Shown: piece by piece, positions 1-13,100 of the stretch
Numbering within the stretch: position 1 is the first letter of the stretch
How the letters are laid out: every line of letters starts with the position of its first letter
Assembly: GCA_002269645.1 (NCBI GenBank)
Contig: NIVC01003219.1
Coordinates: forward strand, 46,157 to 110,156
Direction of reading: 5' to 3'
DNA length: 64,000 nucleotides
Source: Macrostomum lignano
Lineage: Eukaryota
Notes under the pieces: generated by a model
The model's input: only the letters and a program-made list of their open reading frames with translations
Told to the model about the DNA's origin: nothing
Database searches by the model: none
Translations under genes and position numbers: made by a program

Positions 1-1160
1 AGGTCTGGCATGCTATCGACACAATAGCTTGTGGCAGTCTTTAATAAGCAATGGTAGCTGCAATGAATATTTACTTGCAAGTTATCCCTAGGAAAAATGT
101 CTAGCAAATCTGCCTAAGCTAGGGCCTAGTTTGTCTAGGAAAAGCATCTAGGAATACTAGCTCTTGCTCAAAGCCAAGTAGGCAGTCTCCTTGGATCGGA
201 TGATGGTCTCTTTGGGCCCTCACCTACTCTGTATTTATACTAAAATCTGGGAGGGGGGGGGCTCAGGGCCAATAGGAGGCTCAGAGGCAGTTCTGTGGAC
301 TATCTGGAGCCAGGAATGATCTCAGAGATGTCCATAAAACATCTGCCTTACCATCAGGCCTCTGCATGGCCTACTGGTACACTGCTTGCATGTTGCAGCA
401 TGCAAGAAGTGCAACCAAGACCCCATGAAAGCCTATCCCCTGGGCAGAAAGCTATGCTCTTCTTCCCCTTGACTAATAAGGACCATACTAAGGGAGAAAT
501 ATCCCATTGACTAATATTCTATTTTTAGCCCATTGCAGCCTAAGCCAGCAGGAGAGGGGGAGAGAGTCTCTCTCCCTGTTCCGTGACTAGTTCATTAGTT
601 TATTTAATTTCATTAGTTCATTAGTTCCTAAAATCTTAGTTCATTTTAGGCTCTAATAGTTTAATTGAAATTCTTTAGTCAGATAAGCTAGGTTGGCTAG
701 GCCTAGGAGTTGTTTATATAAATGATAGCCTATATAATTACTTTTGGCCTAATGATAGTTAAAAAATTATAAAATATATAGGCTTAGACCATGTGTTTTA
801 GACTAAGGCTAATTATATAAGTATTTATGCAATAGCAGATTGTTACTTTCGCAAATGATGGAATGATTTTTTAATAAATAGTTTTTTGATAGAAAAAAAG
901 TAAAGCTGCTCAATGGACTATTGAGTCTTGACTAATATACCTATATTCTATAACAGTAAACACTTATTTAGTGGCTTTGCTAAATTCCTACTTTTCAGTA
1001 TATGGTATTTGCCATAATAATTAAATAAGAAAACAGCTTGCCTTGTGCATGCCTTTTTCAGCCAATAAAACAAATGCACTTTTGGACTGGCTAGAAGTTC
1101 CCAGTGCTTCAAAGCTAAGCCCTGTAATACCCACAAAGAGAATTATTTTAACCTTCGAGC

Positions 1161-4100
1161 ATGTCCGCCGAACTTAATCCCGCGTGGATTCGCGAAACCA
1201 AACAGCTATTCGTTGATTTAACATCAAAGAATGACGAGACTCGAGCTGAGGCTTACAAACGCCTTTGCCAATTTATTCAATTCGACCTGCCAGAAGCCTC
1301 CGCCGAAGCTGTTAATGCCTATGTTGAACGATGGAATGGGAAAATTGTTGAATTGATCAACTCTGGCGACGTCAATGACAAGCGAGGCGCCGTTCTAGCA
1401 ATTGTAGCCCTGCTGGATATTGAGCACAGAGATTTGGCTGCTGCTATCTCGCGCTACGATAGCAACTTAAGGGTGCTGTTCAGGTTAGTTGGTGACTTTA
1501 GTCCCCTGAGTTAGGCGCTTCTGACACGATCTAAGTGCGCAGAGAAGAGATTATACAATTCTGACATTGATTAAGCAGTTGTAAAGTGAATGGTTAGAGC
1601 ATCGGACTCACAACTGAGAGGTCAGGGGTTCGATTCTCGACCATCTGGGAACTATTCGTGCCATTGAGCAAGGCACTTAACTCTGCATTGCTTCAGTTCA
1701 CCCAGCTGTAAAATGGGTGCCAGCATTAGCTGGGGTAATTGAGGGTGTGTGTGGCGACCCCCCCCCAGTCCTTGGACTGAACAGCCGTATGCAGCCTTCA
1801 GATGCAGTGCTCATAAGACGAAGAAGGCGATTTTTGAGTCACGAGCGCATCACATGGCTTGTAGAATCCTAAGAGTCTCGAAAAAAGTCATCCAAAAGTC
1901 GTTGCGTTAGCGCTTAACTGTCTAATATCTCAAATAGAGTAAATAGAGTTGCTATAAATGCGATTCTGAATTCATCAAGTGATACCTACAGATGGTATTA
2001 CAGATACTTACAGACACTTACAGATGGTATTACAGACACACTTTTACAGATGTTATTACAGACAATTACAGATGGTATTACAGACACACTTTTACAGATG
2101 TTATTACAGACAATTACAGATGGTATTACAGACACTTACAGATGGTATTACAGACACTTACAGATGGTATTACAGACACTTACATATGATATTACAGACA
2201 CTTTTACAGATGTTATTACAGACACTTACAAATGGTAATACAGACACTTTTACAGATGTTATTACAGACACTTACAGATGGTATTACAGAAACTTATAGA
2301 CACTTACAGATGGTATTACAGTACCTACAGACACTTACAGATGGTATTACAGATACTTACAGACACTTACAGATGGTATTTCAGATACTTACAGATAATA
2401 CTACAGATACTACAGATAATATTGACAGATGGGCTGCAGTGCTCGCGCATCACATGGCTTGTAGAATCCTAAGAGTCTCGAAAAAAGTCGTCCAAAAGTC
2501 GTTGCGTTAGCGCTTAACTGTCTAATATCTCAAACAGATTAAATAGAGTTGCTATAAATGCGATTCTGAATTCATCAAGTGACGCAGATGCGCTTTAGAC
2601 GCAACTTAGTGATTCTACAGCGACTTGGCGACTTGTACCGCGACATCTTGTCGTTTTAGAGTCGTCTAAAGTCACTTCACTGTTACCTCTAAAAACTTTG
2701 TGGAGTGACTCTTCATTGGATGACAAGGATGCTGTTTTGTACTCATCCCAATTTATCATCCTCAAACATATCCTCCTCAGATCATTGGACGTTTCTCTGG
2801 CGGAAACTTTAGCAATCGCCTTCTCCTTGGTAGCGTCTCGAGCTCCGCCCGGCTTCTTATCGCAGGACTTGGTCTCTAAGCACATCGATCGTTGCGCTGA
2901 AAATGTCTATCACCAGGAGGTCGGCCGGCGTCTGTTTAGCGTGCATTTGATGCGAGAATTTGCTAAAAAGTGTCCCACAGTAGTCTATCAGGTATTGGGG
3001 CTTGTTTGCGTGATGCCTTAGTTTTGTAAATTATTTGATATCAAGTGTGTGTCTGAAGTCTCTTTTTTTCTAATCTATAATATTTTAAGTCTAATCTAGC
3101 TAATCTATCCTATCGTATCTACCGAATGTATCTAAACTAATCTAGCTAATCTACCTAAATTGAATCCGTTTGATCAAACTATCTTATCTACTCTCTAATC
3201 TACGTAATCTAATCTAATCTAATCTAATCTGTTTAATCTTAGAATTTGATAATCTTAGAATTAGATAATTTTAATCTTAGAATTAGAATTACACGTTTAT
3301 TAAATCCGTCTACTCAACCTATCTATTCTAATCTAATATATCATATGAAATCTAATCTAATCTAATCTATCTAATCCGTCTAATCCATCTAAGTAAATCC
3401 ATCTAAACTGGTCTATCTAATCCAATCTAATCTAATCTAATCCAATCTTATCTAATTTAATTCGATATATTATTATCTATCTAGTCTAATGTATCTAATC
3501 TAATCTATCTGCTCTGTTTCACCAATCGAATCGAATCTAGTCTAACCTAATCTAACCTACTTATTAAAAATAGGCATCTAATCTATCTCTCAGAATCCAA
3601 GACAACCTGAAACCCCGTTGTACTGCTGTCCCATTGAATCTGAAAAAAAAATCCCATCGCACTTTGCCACCACAGAGCATTGAAACGGTATTCGGCATTC
3701 TGTTTAGCGGCCTGCGCGACTCCAAGCAGGCGGTTAGAGAGGCCGCAGCCAGCGGTTTCCGCGCCTGCCTACGCATCACGGCCGACCGGGAGGTGACTCG
3801 GAAAGGCGCCCGATCTCGCGAGCTGCCCAGCTACTATCAGAAGATGTTCAGCACCATTATCGAAGCGCACGAGGATAGCGAGGCTACTAAAAAGAATCGA
3901 CTTAGCAAGGAAGATTTCGTTCACGGCTCGTTGCTGTTGCTTAATGAGCTGCTGGTTGCCAGCAATGCGGATGCTGAGCGAGTCCGGCAGGCGGTTCTGC
4001 GAGCGTCTGCTCAGACGCCGCAGCCGATGACCACGACTAGCCTGCTTGGTCGTAGCGTCGGTGTACCATTGGATCGTCTGGGCATCGGCTCGGCTGCCGT

Positions 4101-7100
4101 AGTCAGCGTTGGCGGCAGTTCAGCCTCCGCTATTTCGGCTGCCGCTTCATCTGGCGTAGCTTCCGTTGTTGGTGCCGCGTCCAGCGCCGCCGTCGGTTTG
4201 TTGGGCTCGGCGGTGGGCTTAAGCATAGACGATCGAGATGACGCATCGGGGACTGTGCCGGTTGAATCTGTGTGCTGTAGGAATATGTTTGCCGAGGTTA
4301 AGAATTATCAGACTATTGGCAATAAAGTGTTTAGGCATTGTTCGGCCAGATGCGGCCCGCAGGTTGGTTTTATTGCTTGTTTGTTAATATTTTAATGCAT
4401 TACAGACACTTACAGATGGCATTACAGACACTTTTACAGATGTTATTACAGACAATTACAGACGGTATTACAGATACCTACAGATGGTATTACAGATGCT
4501 TACAGACATTTACAGATGGTATTACAAACACTTTTACATGTTATTACAGACAATTACAGATGGCATTACAGACATTTTTACATGTTAATTCAGACAATTA
4601 CAGATGGTATTACAGACACTTTTACATGTTATTACAGACAATTACAGATGGAATTACAGACACTTTTACATGTTATTACAGACAATTACAGATGGTATTA
4701 CAGATACCTACAGATGGTATTACAGAAACTTACAGACACTTACAGATGGTATTACAGAAACTTACAGACACTTACAGATGGTATTACAGAAACTTACAGA
4801 CACTTACAGATGGTATTACAGAAACTTACAGACACTTACAGATGGTATTACAGACACTTACAGATGGTATTACAGAAACTTACAGACACTTACAGATGGT
4901 ATTACAGACACTTACAGATGGTATTACAGAAACTTACAGACACTTACAGATGGTATTACAGATAGTTAGAGATAATACTACAGACACTTACAGATGATAT
5001 TACAGATACTTACAGACACTTACAGTTGATATCACAGATACTTACAGACACTTACAGTTGATATCACAGATACTTACAGACACTTACAGTTGATATCACA
5101 GATACAGACACTCAATAAAAAGTGTCCCATATTTCCATCATCATCCGGCTCAGGTGTACCAAATTCTGCTGCACATCCTGCCCCGCCTAGCCGCGTTCAA
5201 TCCTGAGAAATTCTCAGAATTTTATCTGAACCAAACTATGCAATTCCTGCTGGACGCTGTTAGGCGAGACAAACAGAAATCGCTAACTCTGCAAGCGATT
5301 GGCCTGGTAGCTCTGGTTGTCAAGGACGAGTTCGTACCCTATTTGAATAGCGTTATGCCTGTGGTGCGACAGATGCTGCCAAATAGAGATGCACCGCCGA
5401 AGTAAGTACTGAGTTATTGTTTAAATTCTTTTATTTGGGTTGTAGTGCGACTCACGCAGTCATGATAGGGCCAGCACCCAAGGCACCGAGGGTGTGTATG
5501 CTGTGTATGTACACCCTGTGTGAGCGTGTGTATGATTGCATGCCCGCGTACAGTACTGGCTAAATACCTAATGCAATTCCTGATCCAATACCTAATTCAA
5601 TCCCTAATCCGATCCTAGATCTAATACCTAATCTAATCCCTAATCTAATCCATAATCCAATCCTTGATCTCATCCCTAATCCCTAATCCAATCCCTAATC
5701 CAATCCCTAATCCAATCCATAATCCAATCCCTAATCCAATCCATAATCCAATCCATAATCCAATCCCTAATCCAATCCATAATCCAATCCCTAATCCAAT
5801 CCATAATCCAATCCCTAATCCAATCCCTAATCGAATCTCTAATTCAATTCCTAATCGAATCCCTAATCCAATCCCTAATCCAATCCATAATCCAATCCCT
5901 AATCCAATCCATAATCCAATCCCTAATCCAATCCATAATCCAATCCCTAATCCAATCCATAATCCAATCCCTAATCCAATTTCTAATCGAATCTCTAATT
6001 CAATTCCTAATCGAATCCCTAATCCAATCCATAATCCAATCCATAATCCAATCCCTAATCCAATCACTAATCCAATCCCTAATCCAATCACTAATCCAAT
6101 CCCTAATCCAATCCCTCATTGAATCCCTAATCCAATCCCTAATTGAATCCCTAATCCAATCCCTAATTGAATCCCTAATCCAATACCTAATCGAATCCCT
6201 AATCCAATCCCTAATCCAATTCCTAATCAAATTCCTAATTAAATCCCTAATCCAATTCCTAATCCAATCCCTAATCCAATTCCTAATCCAATCCGTAATC
6301 CAACACCTAATCGAATCTTATATTTAATTCCTAATAGAATCCCTAATCCAATCCCTAATCGAATCCCTAATCCAGTCCCTAGTCCAGTCCCTAATCCAAT
6401 CCCTAATCCAATCCCTAATCCAATACCTAATCCCATCCCTAATCGAATCCCTAATCCAGTCCCTAGTCCAGTCCCTAATCCAATCCCTAATCCAATCCCT
6501 AATCCAATACCTAATCCCATCCCTAATCGAATCACTAATCCAGTCCCTAGTCCAGTCCCTAATCCAATCCCTAATCCAATCCCTAATTCAATACCTAATC
6601 CAATCCCTAATCGAATTCATTCAATCCTGAATCCTAGATCTTATGATTTTTGAAAGCTTAATTCTACTTTCGTAGCGTGTTAAAGCAGAACTGAACCCAA
6701 AACTTGGTCATCTTATAGGGGGGGGGGGTTACAAGGGGTGCTTCTAAGCCAGGTATGTACTTCAATCTGTTAAAATATATATTTAAAATTGAAATCGTCT
6801 TGTTTGTTTCTTAAAAAACCTTACAATTTTAGCATGTCAGCGCTGTCAGCCATTCAGCTGAAAATCAAGTAGGAGTTTAGTGTCTTAAATTATCTTAACT
6901 TACCTTTCCTATATATGCTTAGTATTATTAAAATGCTTTATTCAATTTGTGTTGTCTTTAGTTACACCCTTAATACAGTTGTTAATAATATCTACACAAG
7001 TTCCATATTAGATATGAATATATTATCTTATGCTTATAATCTATCCATATATATATTCATAGTTTTCTATCTTCTATGCATTTTCTATTTACCGTAAATA

Positions 7101-10100
7101 TAGCTTGAATCATTTCTGTTCTTCACTGAAAATCAGGTGATTGTGACGGTTCTGTACTGAAAATCAGGTGATTGTGACGGTTCTGTACTGAAAAGCAGGT
7201 GATTGTGACGGTTCTGTACTGAAAAGCAGGTGATTGTGATTGTGACGGTTCTGTACTGAAAATCAGGTGATTGTGATTGTGATGGTTCTGTACTAAAAAG
7301 CAGGTGATTGTGACGGTTCTGTACTGAAAAGCAGGTGATTGTGACGGTTCTGTACTGAAAAACAGGTGATTGTGACGGTTCTGTACTAAAAAGCAGGTGA
7401 TTGTGATGGTTCTGTACTGAAAAGCAGGTGATTGTGACGGTTCTGTACTGAAACGCAGGCGATTGTGATTGTGACGGTTCTGTACTGAAAAGCAGGTGAT
7501 TGTGACGGTTCTGTACTGAAAATCAGGTGATTGTGACGGTTCTGTACTGAAAAGCAGGTGATTGTGACGGTTCTGTACTGAAAAGCAGGTGATTGTGACG
7601 GTTCTGTACTGAAAATCAGGTGATTGTGATTGTGATGGTTCTGTACTAAAAAGCAGGTGATTGTGATTGTGACGGTTCTGTACTAAAAATCAGGTGATTG
7701 TGACGGTTCTGTACTGAAAAGCAGGTGATTGTGATTGTGACGGTTCTGTACTGAAAAGCAGGTGATTGTGATTGTGATGGTTCTGTACTAAAAATCAGGT
7801 GATTGTGACGGTTCTGTACTGAAAAGCAGGTGATTGTGATTGTGACGGTTCTGTACTGAAAAGCAGGCGATTGTGATTGTGATGGTTCTGTACTAAAAAG
7901 CAGGTGATTGTGAAGGTTCTGTACTGAAAATCAGGTGATTGTGATTGTGATGGTTCTGTACTAAAAAGCAGGTGATTGTGATTGTGACGGTTCTGTACTG
8001 AAAAGCAGGTGATTGTGACGGTTCTGTACTGAAAAGCAGGTGATTGTGACGGTTCTGTACTGAAAAGCAGGTGATTGTGATTGTGACGGTTCTGTACTGA
8101 AAATCAGGTGATTGTGATTGTGATGGTTCTGTACTAAAAAGCAGGTGATTGTGAAGGTTCTGTACTGAAAAGCAGGTGATTGTGACGGTTCTGTACTAAA
8201 AATCAGGTGATTGTGACGGTTCTGTACTAAAAAGCAGGTGATTGTGATGGTTCTGTACTGAAAAGCAGGTGATTGTGACGGTTCTGTACTGAAACGCAGG
8301 CGATTGTGATTGTGACGGTTCTGTACTGAAAAGCAGGTGATTGTGACGGTTCTGTACTGAAAATCAGGTGATTGTGACGGTTCTGTACTGAAAAGCAGGT
8401 GATTGTGACGGTTCTGTACTGAAAATCAGGTGATTGTGATGGTTCTGTACTAAAAAGCAGGTGATTGTGACGGTTCTGTACTGAAAATCAGGTGATTGTG
8501 ATTGTGATGGTTCTGTACTGAAAAGCAGGTGATTGTGACGGTTCTGTACTAAAAATCAGGTGATTGTGACGGTTCTGTACTGAAAAGCAGGTGATTGTGA
8601 TTGTGACGGTTCTGTACTGAAAAGCAGGTGATTGTGATTGTGATGGTTCTGTACTAAAAATCAGGTGATTGTGACGGTTCTGTACTGAAAAGCAAGTGAT
8701 TGTGATTGTGACGGTTCTGTACTGAAAAGCAGGCGATTGTGATTGTGACGGTTCTGTACTGAAAATCAGGTGATTGTGATGGTTCTGTACTAAAAAGCAG
8801 GTGATTGTGACGGTTCTGTACTGAAAATCAGGTGATTGTGATTGTGATGGTTCTGTACTGAAAAGCAGGTGATTGTGACGGTTCTGTACTAAAAATCAGG
8901 TGATTGTGACGGTTCTGTACTGAAAAGCAGGTGATTGTGATTGTGACGGTTCTGTACTGAAAAGCAGGTGATTGTGATTGTGATGGTTCTGTACTAAAAA
9001 TCAGGTGATTGTGACGGTTCTGTACTGAAAAGCAAGTGATTGTGATTGTGACGGTTCTGTACTGAAAAGCAGGCGATTGTGATTGTGATGGTTCTGTACT
9101 AAAAAGCAGGTGATTGTGATTGTGACGGTTCTGTACTGAAAAGCAGGTGATTGTGACGGTTCTGTACTGAAAAGCAGGTGATTGTGACGGTTCTGTACTG
9201 AAAAGCAGGTGATTGTGACGGTTCTGTACTGAAAAGCAGGTGATTGTGACGGTTCTGTACTGAAAAACAGGTGATTGTGACGGTTCTGTACTAAAAAGCA
9301 GGTGATTGTGACGGTTCTGTACTGAAAATCAGGTGATTGTGATGGTTCTGTACCAAAAAGCAGGTGATTGTGACGGTTCTGTACTGAAACGCAGGCGATT
9401 GTGATTGTGACGGTTCTGTACTGAAAAGCAGGTGATTGTGACGGTTCTGTACTGAAAAGCAGGTGATTGTGACGGTTCTGTACTGAAAAGCAGGTGATTG
9501 TGACGGTTCTGTACTGAAAAGCAGGTGATTGTGACGGTTCTGTACTGAAAATCAGGTGATTGTGACGGTTCTGTACTGAAAAACAGGTGATTGTGACGGT
9601 TCTGTACTAAAAAGCAGGTGATTGTGACGGTTCTGTACTGAAAATCAGGTGATTGTGACGGTTCTGTACTAAAAAGCAGGTGATTGTGACGGTTCTGTAC
9701 TGAAAATCAGGTGATTATGACGGTTCTGTACTAAAAAAGGTGATTGTGACGGTTCTGTACTGAAAAGCAGGTGATTGTGACGGTTCTGTACTGAAAAGCA
9801 GGTGATTGTGACGGTTCTGTACTGAAAATCAGGTGATTGTGACGGTTCTGTACTGAAAAGCAGGTGATTGTGACGGTTCTGTACTGAAAAGCAGGTGATT
9901 GTGATTGTGACGGTTCTGTACTGAAAAGCAGGTGATTGTGACGGTTCTGTACTGAAAAGCAGGTGATTGTGACGGTTCTGTACTGAAAATCAGGTGATTC
10001 TGACGGTTCTGTACTAAAAAGCAGATGATTGTGATTGTGATTGTGATTGTGATTGTGATTGTGACGGTTCTGTACTGAAACGCAGGCGATTGTGATTGTG

Positions 10101-13100
10101 ACGGTTCTGTACTGAAAAGCAGGTGATTGTGACGGTTCTGTACTGAAAAGCAGGTGATTGTGACGGTTCTGTACTGAAAAGCAGGTGATTGTGACGGTTC
10201 TGTACTGAAAAGCAGGTGATTGTGACGGTTCTGTACTGAAAATCAGGTGATTGTGACGGTTCTGTACTGAAAAGCAGGTGATTGTGACGGTTCTGTACTA
10301 AAAAACAGGTGATTATGACGGTTCTGTACTAAAAAACAGGTGATTGTGACGGTTCTGTACTGAAAAGCAGGTGATTGTGACGGTTCTGTACTGAAAAGCA
10401 GGTGATTGTGACGGTTCTGTACTGAAAAGCAGGTGATTGTGACGGTTCTGTACTGAAAAGCAGGTGATTGTGACGGTTCTGTACTAAAAAGCAGATGATT
10501 GTGATTGTGATTGTGATTGTGATTGTGACGATTCTGTACTGAAAAGCAGGTGATTGTGACGGTTCTGTACTGAAAAACAGGTGATTGTGACGGTTCTGTA
10601 CTAAAAAGCAGGTGATTGTGACGGTTCTGTACTGAAAATCAGGTGATTGTGATGGTTCTGTACCAAAAAGCAGGTGATTGTGACGGTTCTGTACTGAAAC
10701 GCAGGCGATTGTGATTGTGACGGTTCTGTACTGAAAAGCAGGTGATTGTGACGGTTCTGTACTGAAAAGCAGGTGATTGTGACGGTTCTGTACTGAAAAG
10801 CAGGTGATTGTGACGGTTCTGTACTGAAAAGCAGGTGATTGTGACGGTTCTGTACTGAAAATCAGGTGATTGTGACGGTTCTGTACTGAAAAACAGGTGA
10901 TTGTGACGGTTCTGTACTAAAAAGCAGGTGATTGTGACGGTTCTGTACTGAAAATCAGGTGATTGTGACGGTTCTGTACTAAAAAGCAGGTGATTGTGAC
11001 GGTTCTGTACTGAAAATCAGGTGATTATGACGGTTCTGTACTAAAAAACAGGTGATTGTGACGGTTCTGTACTGAAAAGCAGGTGATTGTGACGGTTCTG
11101 TACTGAAAAGCAGGTGATTGTGACGGTTCTGTACTGAAAATCAGGTGATTGTGACGGTTCTGTACTGAAAAGCAGGTGATTGTGACGGTTCTGTACTGAA
11201 AAGCAGGTGATTGTGATTGTGACGGTTCTGTACTGAAAAGCAGGTGATTGTGACGGTTCTGTACTGAAAAGCAGGTGATTGTGACGGTTCTGTACTGAAA
11301 ATCAGGTGATTCTGACGGTTCTGTACTAAAAAGCAGATGATTGTGATTGTGATTGTGATTGTGATTGTGATTGTGACGGTTCTGTACTGAAACGCAGGCG
11401 ATTGTGATTGTGACGGTTCTGTACTGAAAAGCAGGTGATTGTGACGGTTCTGTACTGAAAAGCAGGTGATTGTGACGGTTCTGTACTGAAAAGCAGGTGA
11501 TTGTGACGGTTCTGTACTGAAAAGCAGGTGATTGTGACGGTTCTGTACTGAAAATCAGGTGATTGTGACGGTTCTGTACTGAAAAGCAGGTGATTGTGAC
11601 GGTTCTGTACTAAAAAACAGGTGATTATGACGGTTCTGTACTAAAAAGCAGATGATTGTGATTGTGATTGTGATTGTGATTGTGACGATTCTGTACTGAA
11701 AAGCAGGTGATTGTGACGGTTCTGTACTGAAAAACAGGTGATTGTGACGGTTCTGTACTAAAAAGCAGGTGATTGTGACGGTTCTGTACTGAAAATCAGG
11801 TGATTGTGATGGTTCTGTACCAAAAAGCAGGTGATTGTGACGGTTCTGTACTGAAACGCAGGCGATTGTGATTGTGACGGTTCTGTACTGAAAAGCAGGT
11901 GATTGTGACGGTTCTGTACTGAAAAGCAGGTGATTGTGACGGTTCTGTACTGAAAAGCAGGTGATTGTGACGGTTCTGTACTGAAAAGCAGGTGATTGTG
12001 ACGGTTCTGTACTGAAAATCAGGTGATTGTGACGGTTCTGTACTGAAAAACAGGTGATTGTGACGGTTCTGTACTAAAAAGCAGGTGATTGTGACGGTTC
12101 TGTACTGAAAATCAGGTGATTGTGACGGTTCTGTACTAAAAAGCAGGTGATTGTGACGGTTCTGTACTGAAAATCAGGTGATTATGACGGTTCTGTACTA
12201 AAAAACAGGTGATTGTGACGGTTCTGTACTGAAAAGCAGGTGATTGTGACGGTTCTGTACTGAAAAGCAGGTGATTGTGACGGTTCTGTACTGAAAATCA
12301 GGTGATTGTGACGGTTCTGTACTGAAAAGCAGGTGATTGTGACGGTTCTGTACTGAAAAGCAGGTGATTGTGATTGTGACGGTTCTGTACTGAAAAGCAG
12401 GTGATTGTGACGGTTCTGTACTGAAAAGCAGGTGATTGTGACGGTTCTGTACTGAAAATCAGGTGATTCTGACGGTTCTGTACTAAAAAGCAGATGATTG
12501 TGATTGTGATTGTGATTGTGATTGTGATTGTGACGGTTCTGTACTGAAACGCAGGCGATTGTGATTGTGACGGTTCTGTACTGAAAAGCAGGTGATTGTG
12601 ACGGTTCTGTACTGAAAAGCAGGTGATTGTGACGGTTCTGTACTGAAAAGCAGGTGATTGTGACGGTTCTGTACTGAAAAGCAGGTGATTGTGACGGTTC
12701 TGTACTGAAAATCAGGTGATTGTGACGGTTCTGTACTGAAAAGCAGGTGATTGTGACGGTTCTGTACTAAAAAAACAGGTGATTATGACGGTTCTGTACT
12801 AAAAAACAGGTGATTGTGACGGTTCTGTACTGAAAATCAGGTGATTGTGACGGTTCTGTACTGAAAAGCAGGTGATTGTGACGGTTCTGTACTGAAAAGC
12901 AGGTGATTGTGACGGTTCTGTACTGAAAAGCAGGTGATTGTGACGGTTCTGTACTAAAAAGCAGATGATTGTGATTGTGATTGTGATTGTGATTGTGACG
13001 ATTCTGTACTGAAAAGCAGGTGATTGTGACGGTTCTGTACTGAAAATCAGGTGATTATGGCGGTTCTGTACTAAAAAACAGGTGATTGTGACGGTTCTGT

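Noticed and set aside
558-576. 9-bp hairpin GGGAGAGAG-T-CTCTCTCCC upstream of TOR
   Set aside because: Short, low-complexity, likely chance; no supporting element ends.
1-1160. TOR promoter and small ORFs 295-510 and 948-1136
   Set aside because: No recognisable domain or clear core-promoter motif; cannot assign a TSS or trans-splice site from sequence alone.
1575-1650. Possible tRNA gene
   Set aside because: A and B boxes are present but I could not build a convincing cloverleaf; the downstream SINE-core-like sequence indicates a tRNA-derived SINE head.
5645-6535. GLGIGLW / PNPIPN repeat ORFs
   Set aside because: 12-bp telomere-like repeat translation.
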